64,000 nucleotides of DNA, from assembly GCA_002282445.1 (NCBI GenBank), contig NCJK01000008.1:37817-101816 (forward strand). The letters are read 5' to 3'. The position numbers and the translations under genes were made by a program. This DNA is from Burkholderiales bacterium 39-55-53. Its GTDB lineage: Bacteria > Pseudomonadota > Gammaproteobacteria > Burkholderiales > Burkholderiaceae_C. This document shows, piece after piece, positions 48,054-57,799 of the stretch (position 1 is the first letter of the stretch; every line of letters begins with the position of its first letter). Under the pieces are notes generated by a model. It had not been told where the DNA came from. It saw nothing but the letters and a program-made list of their open reading frames with translations, and did not search any database.

Positions 48054-49785
48054 GCATCTCTTCGACACGGGCGCAAACCTTTGCCGCATCAAAAGGCTTG
48101 AGCACAACCGAGCTGACGCCCGCAGCTGCAAAACGTTCTAAATCCAACGGATTCACATTGGCTGTTAAGCCAAGGACGGGCGTGTCTCGGGTAGGTTGAT
48201 CAAAGGTAAGTCTGAGTGAAGAGGTGGCTTCGATACCATCCATTTCGGGCATGACCATATCCATCAAAATCACATCAAACTCTTGCTTACGAAGCGCTTC
48301 GAGTGCAAGGGCACCGTTCTCCGCTTCGACGATTTCACATTTTTTCCAATTGGTTTTGAGGATCTGTCGCACCAGCAAGCGATTAATTGGGTGATCATCT
48401 ACGACCAAGAACCGCTGAACGGCATGCTGTGCCTGTGTGGTGACCTTGATGGTGGGCGTTTCCTCACTTGGCGGGGCAACCTCAACCAATGGCAGGGTGA
48501 ACCAAAACATGGAACCTTGACCCACGGTGCTTTCAAAGCCAATATGCCCCCCCATCAACTCAACCAAGCGCTGCGTGATGGACAAGCCCAAACCATTGCC
48601 ACCATAGCGCGATTGAATGTTGTCTTCAGCCTGAACAAATCGCTGAAATATTTTGGACTGTTGCGATTCTGGAATACCGATGCCGCTGTCTCGTACTGAA
48701 AAGTGAACACATAAGGGCTGACGACGGACAGACAAAGTGACGTGTCCTTGGTGCGTAAATTTGATGGCGTTGCCAAGCAAGTTCACCAAAATTTGCATCA
48801 AGCGGTGCCGGTCTGCACGCACCCATTGCGGCACGTTGTCGTCAATCGTGCAAATATATTTCAGATGCATGCTCTCGACACGTTGAGCAAACAAATCAAA
48901 TGCGGTGTTTACCGTATCGCGCAGGGCAAATGTTTCGGCTTGCACATTGATCTTGCCTGCTTGCAACTGTGAATAGTCGAGCACGTCATTAATCACGGTT
49001 AACAAATGGTCCGCCGACTGACGCGTGTGATTCAAAATTTTCAAAGCTTGCGGGTTATCAGACACGCGCCCGAGAAGCATGTTGTTAAAACCCAATATCG
49101 CGTTCATAGGCGTGCGCAACTCATGACTGACTGTGGCGATGAATTGCTCACGCAGGGCTGAAGTTCTTAAAAGTTCTTTTCGTTTTTCTTCCAGTTCCAA
49201 ATGACGCTGCAAGCTCGCGTTATATGCCTCTCGAAAAGAGTTGTCATACAAAAATGGCACGGTGATCAAAATCAATGTCACCACCGAATAACTGGCAAAT
49301 GACGACATGACTTGCGCAGCACCCAAGGTTGGATTCGCTGGCAACCAACCCTGCCAAGTCACATAAGACATCAGAACCTCAACCGCCAACACCATCACTA
49401 GCCAGCCAAAACCAGCGCGTCGACTGACAGCATAAAACGGAACCAACGGAATGACGGTCATCCAAGCCATACGCGGGGAAAAAATGCCGCCAGACATCCA
49501 CGCCGCATAACTTACCTGCAACAAGCCTGCCAAGAGGCCCAAGTTCACCGCCACTGAAAATGGCATGCCCCAAATGAACAACAGCTGCAAAACAAGCAAT
49601 ACAAACGCAAATGCCAATGGCACGGGTACACCGTTGGGATAGGGCGTGATGATGGCCAATACCACCATGACACCAATCAACAGCCAAACGACGAAAAACA
49701 AGTACGGCAGGCGGCCTTCTCTGAAGCGCACAGGCAAATAGGGCATTGCCAATTCAGCTAAATCTTCTAAGGTAAAGCGTGTCAT
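48022..49785 (-). CDS. hybrid sensor histidine kinase/response regulator (copy 2)
   Basis: N-terminal polytopic membrane domain, H-box SHELRTPMNAILG, N/G boxes and a C-terminal REC domain. ATGA overlap with copy 1. Confidence 0.85.
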   Translation of the reverse strand: MTRFTLEDLAELAMPYLPVRFREGRLPYLFFVVWLLIGVMVVLAIITPYPNGVPVPLAFAFVLLVLQLLFIWGMPFSVAVNLGLLAGLLQVSYAAWMSGGIFSPRMAWMTVIPLVPFYAVSRRAGFGWLVMVLAVEVLMSYVTWQGWLPANPTLGAAQVMSSFASYSVVTLILITVPFLYDNSFREAYNASLQRHLELEEKRKELLRTSALREQFIATVSHELRTPMNAILGFNNMLLGRVSDNPQALKILNHTRQSADHLLTVINDVLDYSQLQAGKINVQAETFALRDTVNTAFDLFAQRVESMHLKYICTIDDNVPQWVRADRHRLMQILVNLLGNAIKFTHQGHVTLSVRRQPLCVHFSVRDSGIGIPESQQSKIFQRFVQAEDNIQSRYGGNGLGLSITQRLVELMGGHIGFESTVGQGSMFWFTLPLVEVAPPSEETPTIKVTTQAQHAVQRFLVVDDHPINRLLVRQILKTNWKKCEIVEAENGALALEALRKQEFDVILMDMVMPEMDGIEATSSLRLTFDQPTRDTPVLGLTANVNPLDLERFAAAGVSSVVLKPFDAAKVCARVEEMLIEKRSSLGS

Positions 49786-51533
49786 GCTTGCCCCCAAGCA
49801 TGTGCAGCCAAAGCGTTTGATATTTTTGAAATGAGTTGCTGCTCATCCAGCGGCTTGTGCAACACATCATTCATACCTGATGCCAAGCAGCGGTCATGGT
49901 CTACGGGATTGGCACTGGCAGTCAGCGCCAAAATCGGCATATCGCTTGTGGGAGCCGGGAAATCGCGTCGCACGATTTGCGTCACTTCCATGCCATCCAT
50001 TTCAGGCATGACCATGTCCATCAGAGTCAAGTCAAAGACTTGATCTCTCATTTTTTCTAGCGCTTCTTTGCCACTGTTGGCTTGGGCAATTTCTGCTTTG
50101 GGGAAGCATTTTTTGAGCATCATGCGCGCCACTAAGAGATTCACGGCGTTGTCATCAACCAGCAAAATTTGAATCGGCTTGTCGATCAACATGCGTGCCA
50201 TTTCTGCGGCTGCTTGAGCCTCTTTGACCGCAATGCTGCGCAGTGGTATTTGAAACCAAAACCTTGAGCCTTGGCCTTGCACGCTGCTGACCCCAATCGT
50301 TCCACCTTGCAAAGAGACCAATCTCTCGCAAATGGACAGCCCGAGCCCTGTGCCACCATATTGGCGGTTGGTTTGCACATCAGCGTGTTCAAAGCCATTG
50401 AAAATTTGCTTTTGACGGTCTGGTGCTATGCCGATGCCTGAGTCTTGAACCTCAAACAAGACGCCGCCTCCTACGGCCTGAGCGCGAAGCACAATCTGCC
50501 CGACTGCAGTGAACTTGATGGCGTTATCTAGTAAGTTGTTGAGCACCTGCACCAAACGTTGTCGGTCACCTTTGACCCACATGTTATGCACGGCTGAAGC
50601 TTCTAGACTCAAGATGATTTTCTTTGTCTGCGTTTTTTCGTTATACGCAGCCAATACGCCAATCAGCGTTTCACGCAGTGCGAACTCCTCCTCGTGTAAC
50701 ACCAGCCGCCCAGCTTGCAACTGAGAAAAATCCAAAATGTCATTGACCACTTGAAGTAGCTGCTCTGTCGAACGACGAATGTGGTCCACCACCACCGCGT
50801 CTTCAGGCTTGGCTGCTAATTCAGTGCGCAAAATACCGTTAAGCCCCAAGATAGCGTTCATCGGTGTACGCAATTCGTGGCCCACTGAAGCGATAAACTC
50901 GTCCTTGTGGGCTTGTGCACGTATCAAGGCTTGATGCGTGCGTTCAAGCTCCGCATTGCTTTCATCCATTTCGACCGTTTGACTGCGATGCATCCGCTCT
51001 GTGACAAACACCACGTACATCGCCAAGCCAAGGACAAACAATTTATTGGCAACTGTCCAAGCCATGACATCGTTGGCCATGTTGATGTCACTATTGACCA
51101 AGCCATGCTGACTGATCAGCAACAACAATAAGTTTGCGACAAAAACTGCAACCACCCAAAACATTGCAGGAATTCGATCGAGCAACAGAATGGCTGGCAA
51201 GATAACCACAGTCATCCACACCATGACGGGAGAGTTGATGCCACCCGTCATGGCCGCAAGATAAGCAACGTAGCCAATTGACCAAACCAAGATGCCGTGC
51301 ACGACAAACAAATAAGGAACACCGATCAACAGCGCGGCCAACAATCCCCAATACCCTGCTGTACCCACCAAGTTGGCAATGTGGTTGTAATCTGGATGCG
51401 GAATGAAATAGAACGGCAGCGAGCATGCACCCACCATCAACAACATGTACATCAATAAACTGCGACGACGCTCCAGCTGGGAGCCTGTGAAAAAGCTCCT
51501 TGGCAAAAAGACGTGACGCAGTTTTTCAAACAT
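49782..51533 (-). CDS. hybrid sensor histidine kinase/response regulator (copy 1)
   Basis: Same architecture as copy 2 (H-box GHELRTPMNAILG, REC domain). Starts 4 nt after the parB stop. Confidence 0.85.
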   Translation of the reverse strand: MFEKLRHVFLPRSFFTGSQLERRRSLLMYMLLMVGACSLPFYFIPHPDYNHIANLVGTAGYWGLLAALLIGVPYLFVVHGILVWSIGYVAYLAAMTGGINSPVMVWMTVVILPAILLLDRIPAMFWVVAVFVANLLLLLISQHGLVNSDINMANDVMAWTVANKLFVLGLAMYVVFVTERMHRSQTVEMDESNAELERTHQALIRAQAHKDEFIASVGHELRTPMNAILGLNGILRTELAAKPEDAVVVDHIRRSTEQLLQVVNDILDFSQLQAGRLVLHEEEFALRETLIGVLAAYNEKTQTKKIILSLEASAVHNMWVKGDRQRLVQVLNNLLDNAIKFTAVGQIVLRAQAVGGGVLFEVQDSGIGIAPDRQKQIFNGFEHADVQTNRQYGGTGLGLSICERLVSLQGGTIGVSSVQGQGSRFWFQIPLRSIAVKEAQAAAEMARMLIDKPIQILLVDDNAVNLLVARMMLKKCFPKAEIAQANSGKEALEKMRDQVFDLTLMDMVMPEMDGMEVTQIVRRDFPAPTSDMPILALTASANPVDHDRCLASGMNDVLHKPLDEQQLISKISNALAAHAWGQA

Positions 51534-51537
51534 GTGT

Positions 51538-52458
51538 TCAGTGCTTTCGCAATTTGTCGATCAAGCCGTTGAGTTCATCAATGGAGCCAAATTGAATGGA
51601 CAGTTCACCCATTTCCTCAACTCTGCCATGACGCTTGACGCGTTTTTTAACGCGCACTTCCACTTGTGCGGTGAGCAAGTCGGAGAGCTCTTCTTCAATG
51701 CGCTTGATGTCGCGTGACTTTTCACTCTTGGGCTTTTGCGGCACAAGGTTGAATTCGGCGCTGAGTTTTTTGACCAGGCTCTCAGCTTCACGCACCGACA
51801 TTTTTTTGGCGCTGATTTGATTCGCTGCGGTGATTTGTGTGGCGCGGTCCAAAGCCAACAAAGCACGGGCGTGGCCCATGTCAATGTCACCCGCCATCAG
51901 CATGGACTGCACAGGCTCGGCTAAGTTGAGCAGGCGCAACAGGTTGCTAGCGGCACTGCGTGAGCGACCCACGGCTTGCGCGGCGAGCTCATGTGTGAGT
52001 CCAAACTCTTTGATGAGGCGCTGCAGGCCTTGGGCTTCTTCGAGCGGGTTGAGGTCTTCGCGTTGGATGTTTTCAATCAGCGCCATCGCTGCAGCGGCTT
52101 CATTCGGCACATTGCGCACGAGCACGGGCACGGTGTCAAGCCCGGCTAGTTTGGCTGCGCGACTTCGTCGTTCACCCGCGATGATTTCGTATTTGCCTGC
52201 GTTGGGGCCGTCGTGCAATTGACGCACAAGGATGGGTTGCATGATGCCTTGGGCTTTGATGCTTTCGGCCAACTCATACAAAGCGCCCTCGTCCATGCGT
52301 GTGCGCGGCTGGTACATGCCGGGCACCATTTGGCTCAAGGACAAGGTGTTGGGCAAGCCATCGGCAGCGGCGGCTTGTGCGGCTACGCTGTCATCGACTT
52401 TAGGGCCAAGCAAGGCCTCGAGTCCACGGCCTAGGCCTTTGGTTTTTTTAGTGACCAT
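51538..52458 (-). CDS. parB: chromosome partitioning protein ParB
   Basis: GLGRGLEALL N-terminus, ParB box IIAGERR and an HTH region. Confidence 0.95.
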   Translation of the reverse strand: MVTKKTKGLGRGLEALLGPKVDDSVAAQAAAADGLPNTLSLSQMVPGMYQPRTRMDEGALYELAESIKAQGIMQPILVRQLHDGPNAGKYEIIAGERRSRAAKLAGLDTVPVLVRNVPNEAAAAMALIENIQREDLNPLEEAQGLQRLIKEFGLTHELAAQAVGRSRSAASNLLRLLNLAEPVQSMLMAGDIDMGHARALLALDRATQITAANQISAKKMSVREAESLVKKLSAEFNLVPQKPKSEKSRDIKRIEEELSDLLTAQVEVRVKKRVKRHGRVEEMGELSIQFGSIDELNGLIDKLRKH

Positions 52459-52993
52459 TTTTTTCTTTCAGTAAATCTTGTAGCAAGGCAAAGCCCTCAG
52501 GCCAGTCGCCTACGCGTGAATCGGTGTTGATGTGGCCGACAGCACCGCAATCAACAAGGCGCGAGCCCCATGCTTGGGCCAAACCACTGGCGCGCAGCAT
52601 GCTGCAATGCGCATCGTTACGACTTGCAGCCACGATGCTGGCAAACGGCAAGCGTTCGCGCACGATGGGGCTCCAACTGTGGAGCATGTGCTGCATTTCG
52701 GGCCGCTCCACGTCAGCAGGCGCCACCAACAAAGCGCCTTTGACCTTGTGAGAAATCAGCGAGTGCGCAGCCCATGCAGCCACCAGCACACAACCCAAAC
52801 TGTGTGCCACGAGAACGGCATCAGGGTTGGCCAACACGGCCTCTTCGAGTTGAATCATCCAGTCGCCACGCAGTGGGAAGTCCCAGTTGTGTTGCTCCAC
52901 CCGCACATATCCGTGTTGGGCCTGCCACAGGCTTTGCCAGTGGTCAGGGCCGCTGTTGTGCCAGCCGGGAATGATGAGGACGGGAGTAGACAC
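52448..52993 (-). CDS. RBBP9/YdeN-family serine hydrolase (alpha/beta fold)
   Basis: IIPGWHNSGPDHWQ N-terminus and the nucleophile elbow AHSLG. Confidence 0.8.
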   Translation of the reverse strand: MSTPVLIIPGWHNSGPDHWQSLWQAQHGYVRVEQHNWDFPLRGDWMIQLEEAVLANPDAVLVAHSLGCVLVAAWAAHSLISHKVKGALLVAPADVERPEMQHMLHSWSPIVRERLPFASIVAASRNDAHCSMLRASGLAQAWGSRLVDCGAVGHINTDSRVGDWPEGFALLQDLLKEKNGH

Positions 52994-53004
52994 GCAAAAA
53001 CGAG

Positions 53005-53802
53005 TTAAATAGTTTTCACGCGTTCAACCATCTCGTGGGCAAAGTCCACAAATGCATGACTTCCTTTGGCTGATGGGTCAAACACCACGCCGGGTAGGCC
53101 ATAGCTTGGGGCTTCTGCCAAACGCACGTTGCGAGGAATAACGGCAGCGAACACTTTGTCGCCGAAATGGTCTTTGAGTTGATCGCTCACTTGCTGCTGC
53201 AAAGTAATGCGCGGGTCAAACATGACGCGCAGCAAACCAATGATTTTGAGCTCGCGGTTGAGGTTGGCGTGCACTTGTTTGATGGTGTTGACCAAGTCGG
53301 TAAGGCCTTCAAGGGCAAAGTACTCACACTGCATGGGAACGATCACACCATGCGCTGCACACAAACCATTGAGTGTGAGCATGGACAGAGACGGCGGGCA
53401 ATCAATCAAAACAAAGTCGTACTCGGCATCCACGGCGGCCAATGCTTGCTTGAGTCGGTTCTCGCGACGCTCCAAAGAAACCAGCTCAACTTCTGCGCCG
53501 GCCAAATCTCGGTTAGCACCTAAGACGTCGTAGGTTGGGATCTTGGCACGCACGCCATCGGTACCCCAGTTGCTGCGAATACGCGCTTCGGCGATGCTGG
53601 CCTCTTCCAACAACACGTCATAAACAGAAAGCTCCATCTCTCGCTTGTCGACACCTGAACTCATGGTGGCATTGCCTTGGGGATCCAAGTCAACCATCAA
53701 CACACGTTGGCCCACAAATGCCAAACCAGCCGCCAAGTTGACAGTGGTGGTGGTCTTACCGACGCCACCTTTTTGGTTGGCTACGCAGAAAATTTTGGCC
53801 AT
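53005..53802 (-). CDS. parA: chromosome partitioning ATPase ParA (Soj)
   Basis: Deviant Walker A NQKGGVGKTTT. Confidence 0.95.
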   Translation of the reverse strand: MAKIFCVANQKGGVGKTTTTVNLAAGLAFVGQRVLMVDLDPQGNATMSSGVDKREMELSVYDVLLEEASIAEARIRSNWGTDGVRAKIPTYDVLGANRDLAGAEVELVSLERRENRLKQALAAVDAEYDFVLIDCPPSLSMLTLNGLCAAHGVIVPMQCEYFALEGLTDLVNTIKQVHANLNRELKIIGLLRVMFDPRITLQQQVSDQLKDHFGDKVFAAVIPRNVRLAEAPSYGLPGVVFDPSAKGSHAFVDFAHEMVERVKTI

Positions 53803-53829
53803 ACAGAGCTTTCGAATGAGACTGAAAAA

Positions 53830-54444
53830 TTATTTAAACAAGGCCAACTTCAGGCCAAAACCGATGAGCAAAGCGCCCGCAATTTTGTTGAGCATCACAG
53901 TTGCTAATGGGTTAGCGCGTACGCGCTCGGCCAAATGGTGCGCCAACATAACGACCACCAAACCATAGGCAAATGTCAGCGCGGCAATGGTGGCAGCCAT
54001 CACCGCAAAAGTAAGTAACCCCAAGTGAATGGCAGGATCCACAAACAAGGGAAAGAACGCCATATAAAAAACAATGGCTTTTGGGTTGAGTACCGTGATG
54101 AACAAAGCTTGGCGAAAGTAGTGATCGGGCTTCATATCCAATACCGGTGCATCACCGGGTTTGGCATTGAAAAGCGAGTAGCCCAAACCAATTAGATATG
54201 CCGCACCCGCCCACTGAATGGAGCTGTACAAACTGGGATAGTTAATCAGCAGCGCCGACAAGCCCGCCACCGCCAACCACAACAACACTTGGTCGCCCGC
54301 GATCACACCTAACGTGGCGGCCATGCCCGAACGTACTCCGCCCTTGCCTGTTGCAGTGAGCAAGGCCAAGTTACCGGGCCCAGGAATGGCCAAAAAGACA
54401 ATGATGGCCACGACAAATGCGCCGTAGTCAGCGATACCAAACAT
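53830..54444 (-). CDS. LysE family translocator
   Basis: IPGPGNL N-terminal motif and a 6-TM profile. Confidence 0.85.
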   Translation of the reverse strand: MFGIADYGAFVVAIIVFLAIPGPGNLALLTATGKGGVRSGMAATLGVIAGDQVLLWLAVAGLSALLINYPSLYSSIQWAGAAYLIGLGYSLFNAKPGDAPVLDMKPDHYFRQALFITVLNPKAIVFYMAFFPLFVDPAIHLGLLTFAVMAATIAALTFAYGLVVVMLAHHLAERVRANPLATVMLNKIAGALLIGFGLKLALFK

Positions 54445-54474
54445 AGAAAACTCAGATATAAAACTGAAAGAAGT

Positions 54475-55197
54475 TTAACCGCGCATCCAGATGATGCAGC
54501 GTTCAGCATCTAAGCCAGGAACTTGAAGCTGTTCCACGTGAAACACTTTGACGCTTTCTGGCAACACAGCCAGCTCTTGGTCTGGATGTTTGCCCTTCAT
54601 GGCCATCCAAACGCCATGACTGGCCAAGGCCGATTTAGACCAAGTTGTGAAATCGACCAGCGAAGCAAAAGCACGGGAGCACACCACATCAAAAGGCTGA
54701 GTCAAGCTTTCGACGCGCGCGTGAAGACCTTTGAGATTTGGCAGTTTCAATGTCGCAGCCACCTGCTGTATGAACGCCGCTTTCTTGGCAACCGTATCCA
54801 CACAAGTCACCGATATTTCTGGACATGTGATGGCGATAACAATTCCGGGCAAACCGGCACCCGCCCCCACGTCCAATAGGCTGAACTGCGTTTGTTTGTT
54901 TGTTTGAGCTGACTGGCTTTCTACTTTTAATCCACCGTTACTGCCAGGCTCAACCGTCACAGCATCGGCTAAGGGCAACTTGGCCAGCTCGCGTCGAAGT
55001 GGCGCGATGACGGCAAGACTGTCCAGCAAGTGGTGGGTGAGCATCTCATTGGCATCACGCACCGCAGTCAAGTTGTAGACCTTGGTCCATTTGCCGATCA
55101 AGTCCATGTAGGCCAGCAACTGCTCTTGCTGCTCTGGTGGCAACGACAAGCCCAAGCCGTCAAGCCCCTTTCGCAAAGTTGGCAACAACGGGTGCAT
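54475..55197 (-). CDS. rsmG: 16S rRNA (guanine527-N7)-methyltransferase
   Basis: KWTKVYNLTAVRD, SAM motif LLDVGAGAGLPG and RAFASL. Has an insertion of about 30 aa before the SAM motif. Confidence 0.9.
   Translation of the reverse strand: MHPLLPTLRKGLDGLGLSLPPEQQEQLLAYMDLIGKWTKVYNLTAVRDANEMLTHHLLDSLAVIAPLRRELAKLPLADAVTVEPGSNGGLKVESQSAQTNKQTQFSLLDVGAGAGLPGIVIAITCPEISVTCVDTVAKKAAFIQQVAATLKLPNLKGLHARVESLTQPFDVVCSRAFASLVDFTTWSKSALASHGVWMAMKGKHPDQELAVLPESVKVFHVEQLQVPGLDAERCIIWMRG
54530..54545. other. parS centromere-like site (inside rsmG)
   Basis: TGTTCCACGTGAAACA fits the consensus TGTTNCACGTGAAACA. Confidence 0.75.
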
Positions 55198-57248
55198 CAG
55201 TTCGCCTCGGTTGTGCTTTTGTCGGCCGCATGCGCAGCCGCCTCTTGTGCGAAGCCTTTGACGCGCGAGCGCTTGAGGTGAATCAGCAACAAAGAAATGG
55301 CGGCCGGCGTGATGCCAGACATGCGCGAAGCTTGGCCCAAAGTTTCAGGCCGCTGGCGACTGAGACGCTGACGCACCTCAATGGACAGGGCCGAGACTTG
55401 GTTGTAGTCCAAGTCTTCAGGCAGTTTGAGGTTTTCGTAATGGGCAGCACGCCCTACTTCGTCGCGCTGGCGATCGATGTAGCCGGAATATTTGGCGGTA
55501 ATCTCAATCTGCTCAATGATGGCTCGGGTGGTTTCACGTGAAACATCGTCGCCCGCGAAGCCGTCGGTCACTTCTTGGCTTTGATACTTAGCGCCATCCA
55601 AAGACATCAACCCTTGGTAACTCACATCAGGGCGGCGAAGCAAATCGGCCAAGTTGTATTCGCGGTCAATGGCCTTACCCAGAACACGCTCCGATTCGGC
55701 AGCGGGCAAATTGCGTGGGTTGACCCAGATAGATTTGAGCCGCTCTGTTTCACGTGAAACAGCTTCTTGTTTGCGGCTGAAAGCTTCCCAGCGAGCATCG
55801 TCGACCAAGCCCATTTGGCGGCCGACCTCTGTCAGGCGCACGTCGGCGTTGTCTTCCCGCAGCTGCAAGCGGAACTCTGCTCGGCTGGTGAACATGCGGT
55901 ACGGCTCGGTCACGCCCTTGGTGGTGAGGTCGTCCACCAATACACCCAAGTAAGCTTGGTCACGGCCAGGCGTCCATGCGCCGTCAAAGTCATTGGCCGC
56001 ACCGGCCAAACTGCGGCATTGCAGTGCGGCATTGATGCCAGCGAACAGGCCTTGAGCAGCCGCCTCTTCATAACCTGTCGTCCCGTTGATCTGTCCGGCA
56101 AAGAACAAGCCGCCTATAGCGCGGGTTTCGAAACTGCGCTTCAACTCACGGGGGTCAAAGTAGTCATACTCGATGGCGTAGCCGGGGCGAATGATGTGGG
56201 CGTTTTCCAAACCCTTCATCGAGCGAACCAAGTCGTACTGGATATCAAACGGCAAGCTGGTGCTGATGCCGTTGGGGTAGTACTCGTGAGTGGTCAGGCC
56301 TTCGGGCTCTAAGAAAATTTGATGGCTGTCTTTGTCAGCAAAACGATTGATCTTGTCTTCCACGCTCGGGCAATAGCGTGGGCCAACGCCTTCAATCTTG
56401 CCGGTGAACATGGGGCTTCGGTCAAAGCCAGAGCGGATGATGTCGTGAGTCCGTTGGTTGGTGTGTGTGATCCAGCACGGCATATGCTGCGGATGCATGG
56501 ATGCTCTTCCCATGAAACTGAACACAGGCACTTCTCCCAGCACACCCGCCGAGCGTGCCCCACTTTCGGTTTGGTTGGCCACGCCATCACCCGGTTGCTC
56601 AATGCATTGGCTGAAGTCAATGGTGCGGCCATCAATGCGCGGAGGCGTACCAGTTTTGAGTCGTCCCTGTGGCAATTTGAGTTCTTTGAGCCGCGCCGAC
56701 AGGCTCACGGCAGGCGGGTCGCCCGCACGGCCACCGGCGTAGTTGTTCAGGCCCACATGAATCTTGCCGTCCAAGAAAGTGCCGGCCGTCAGCACAACGG
56801 TACGGCTGCGGAATCGGATGCCGGCCTGGGTGCAAGCACCCACCACGCGATCACCCTCCACCATCAAGTCGTCAACCGCTTGTTGGAACAACCACAAGTT
56901 CGGCTGGTTTTCAAGCATGCGACGAATGGCGGCCTTATACAAAATGCGGTCAGCTTGTGCGCGGGTGGCGCGAACGGCCGGACCTTTAGAACTGTTGAGA
57001 ATGCGAAACTGAATACCAGACTCGTCCGTGGCCAAGGCCATCGCCCCACCCAAAGCATCCACCTCTTTGACCAAGTGACCTTTACCAATGCCGCCAATGG
57101 ATGGGTTGCAGCTCATCTGGCCCAAAGTTTCAATGTTGTGACTGAGTAGTAAAGTTTTTGCACCCATGCGTGCTGAAGCCAGCGCGGCTTCAGTGCCAGC
57201 ATGACCACCGCCGACCACGATGACATCAAACTCTTGGGGGTACAACAT
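55197..57248 (-). CDS. mnmG: tRNA uridine-5-carboxymethylaminomethyl synthesis enzyme MnmG (GidA)
   Basis: [19 protein letters not shown] motif. The ATG at 57248 is preferred over the ORF-track start. Confidence 0.95.
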   Translation of the reverse strand: MLYPQEFDVIVVGGGHAGTEAALASARMGAKTLLLSHNIETLGQMSCNPSIGGIGKGHLVKEVDALGGAMALATDESGIQFRILNSSKGPAVRATRAQADRILYKAAIRRMLENQPNLWLFQQAVDDLMVEGDRVVGACTQAGIRFRSRTVVLTAGTFLDGKIHVGLNNYAGGRAGDPPAVSLSARLKELKLPQGRLKTGTPPRIDGRTIDFSQCIEQPGDGVANQTESGARSAGVLGEVPVFSFMGRASMHPQHMPCWITHTNQRTHDIIRSGFDRSPMFTGKIEGVGPRYCPSVEDKINRFADKDSHQIFLEPEGLTTHEYYPNGISTSLPFDIQYDLVRSMKGLENAHIIRPGYAIEYDYFDPRELKRSFETRAIGGLFFAGQINGTTGYEEAAAQGLFAGINAALQCRSLAGAANDFDGAWTPGRDQAYLGVLVDDLTTKGVTEPYRMFTSRAEFRLQLREDNADVRLTEVGRQMGLVDDARWEAFSRKQEAVSRETERLKSIWVNPRNLPAAESERVLGKAIDREYNLADLLRRPDVSYQGLMSLDGAKYQSQEVTDGFAGDDVSRETTRAIIEQIEITAKYSGYIDRQRDEVGRAAHYENLKLPEDLDYNQVSALSIEVRQRLSRQRPETLGQASRMSGITPAAISLLLIHLKRSRVKGFAQEAAAHAADKSTTEAN
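55530..55545. other. parS-like site (inside mnmG), one mismatch
   Basis: GGTTTCACGTGAAACA differs from TGTTTCACGTGAAACA at one position. Confidence 0.65.
55746..55761. other. perfect palindromic parS site (inside mnmG)
   Basis: TGTTTCACGTGAAACA. Confidence 0.8.
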
Positions 57249-57394
57249 AAAACCAACCTTTGGGATGTGCGCACGCGCAAACAAATGCAGGGCTGCGCGC
57301 CACCCTGCTGAATAAGGGCGCGATTTTACTAGGGTGCGGCAAGTCCTATGCGTGTATTGTTTTTAGGACAAAATCTTCACCTCAAACACGGGGC

Positions 57395-57775
57395 ATGACC
57401 ATGAATAAAACCATCAGCATTCTTTTACTCACACTGATCGCCACATCTGCTTTGGCAGCAACAGGCGAAGAAACATACAACACCACGTGCGCTAACTGCC
57501 ATGCAAAAGGCTTGGCTGGTGCACCACAGACTGGTGACAAAAAAGCGTGGGGCAAACTCATCAAAGAAGGTCAAGTCGAGTTAACTGCCGATGGTTACGG
57601 CGGCGTACGCGCCATGCCTGCAAAAGGGGGCCGTGCTGAATTAACAGTGGCTGAATTTGCTGGTGCCGTCGTATTTATGGCTAATAAAGCTGGTGCGAAT
57701 TGGCAAGAAGCAGACGATACGATGCTGAAGAAAATCAACGCACGCATTGAAAAGCGAGCACAAGCCAAAAAATAA
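57395..57775 (+). CDS. c-type cytochrome (c5-like)
   Basis: Signal peptide, CANCH heme-binding motif and a distal Met (RAMP). Confidence 0.8.
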   Translation: MTMNKTISILLLTLIATSALAATGEETYNTTCANCHAKGLAGAPQTGDKKAWGKLIKEGQVELTADGYGGVRAMPAKGGRAELTVAEFAGAVVFMANKAGANWQEADDTMLKKINARIEKRAQAKK

Positions 57776-57799
57776 ATTGACGCTCATCTGCAACAAGAC

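Noticed and set aside
57249-57394. An E. coli-type oriC location upstream of mnmG (gidA).
   Set aside because: I could find no TTATCCACA-like boxes or AT-rich 13-mer-like tract in this 146-bp spacer. The DnaA-box cluster is in the dnaA-dnaN spacer instead.
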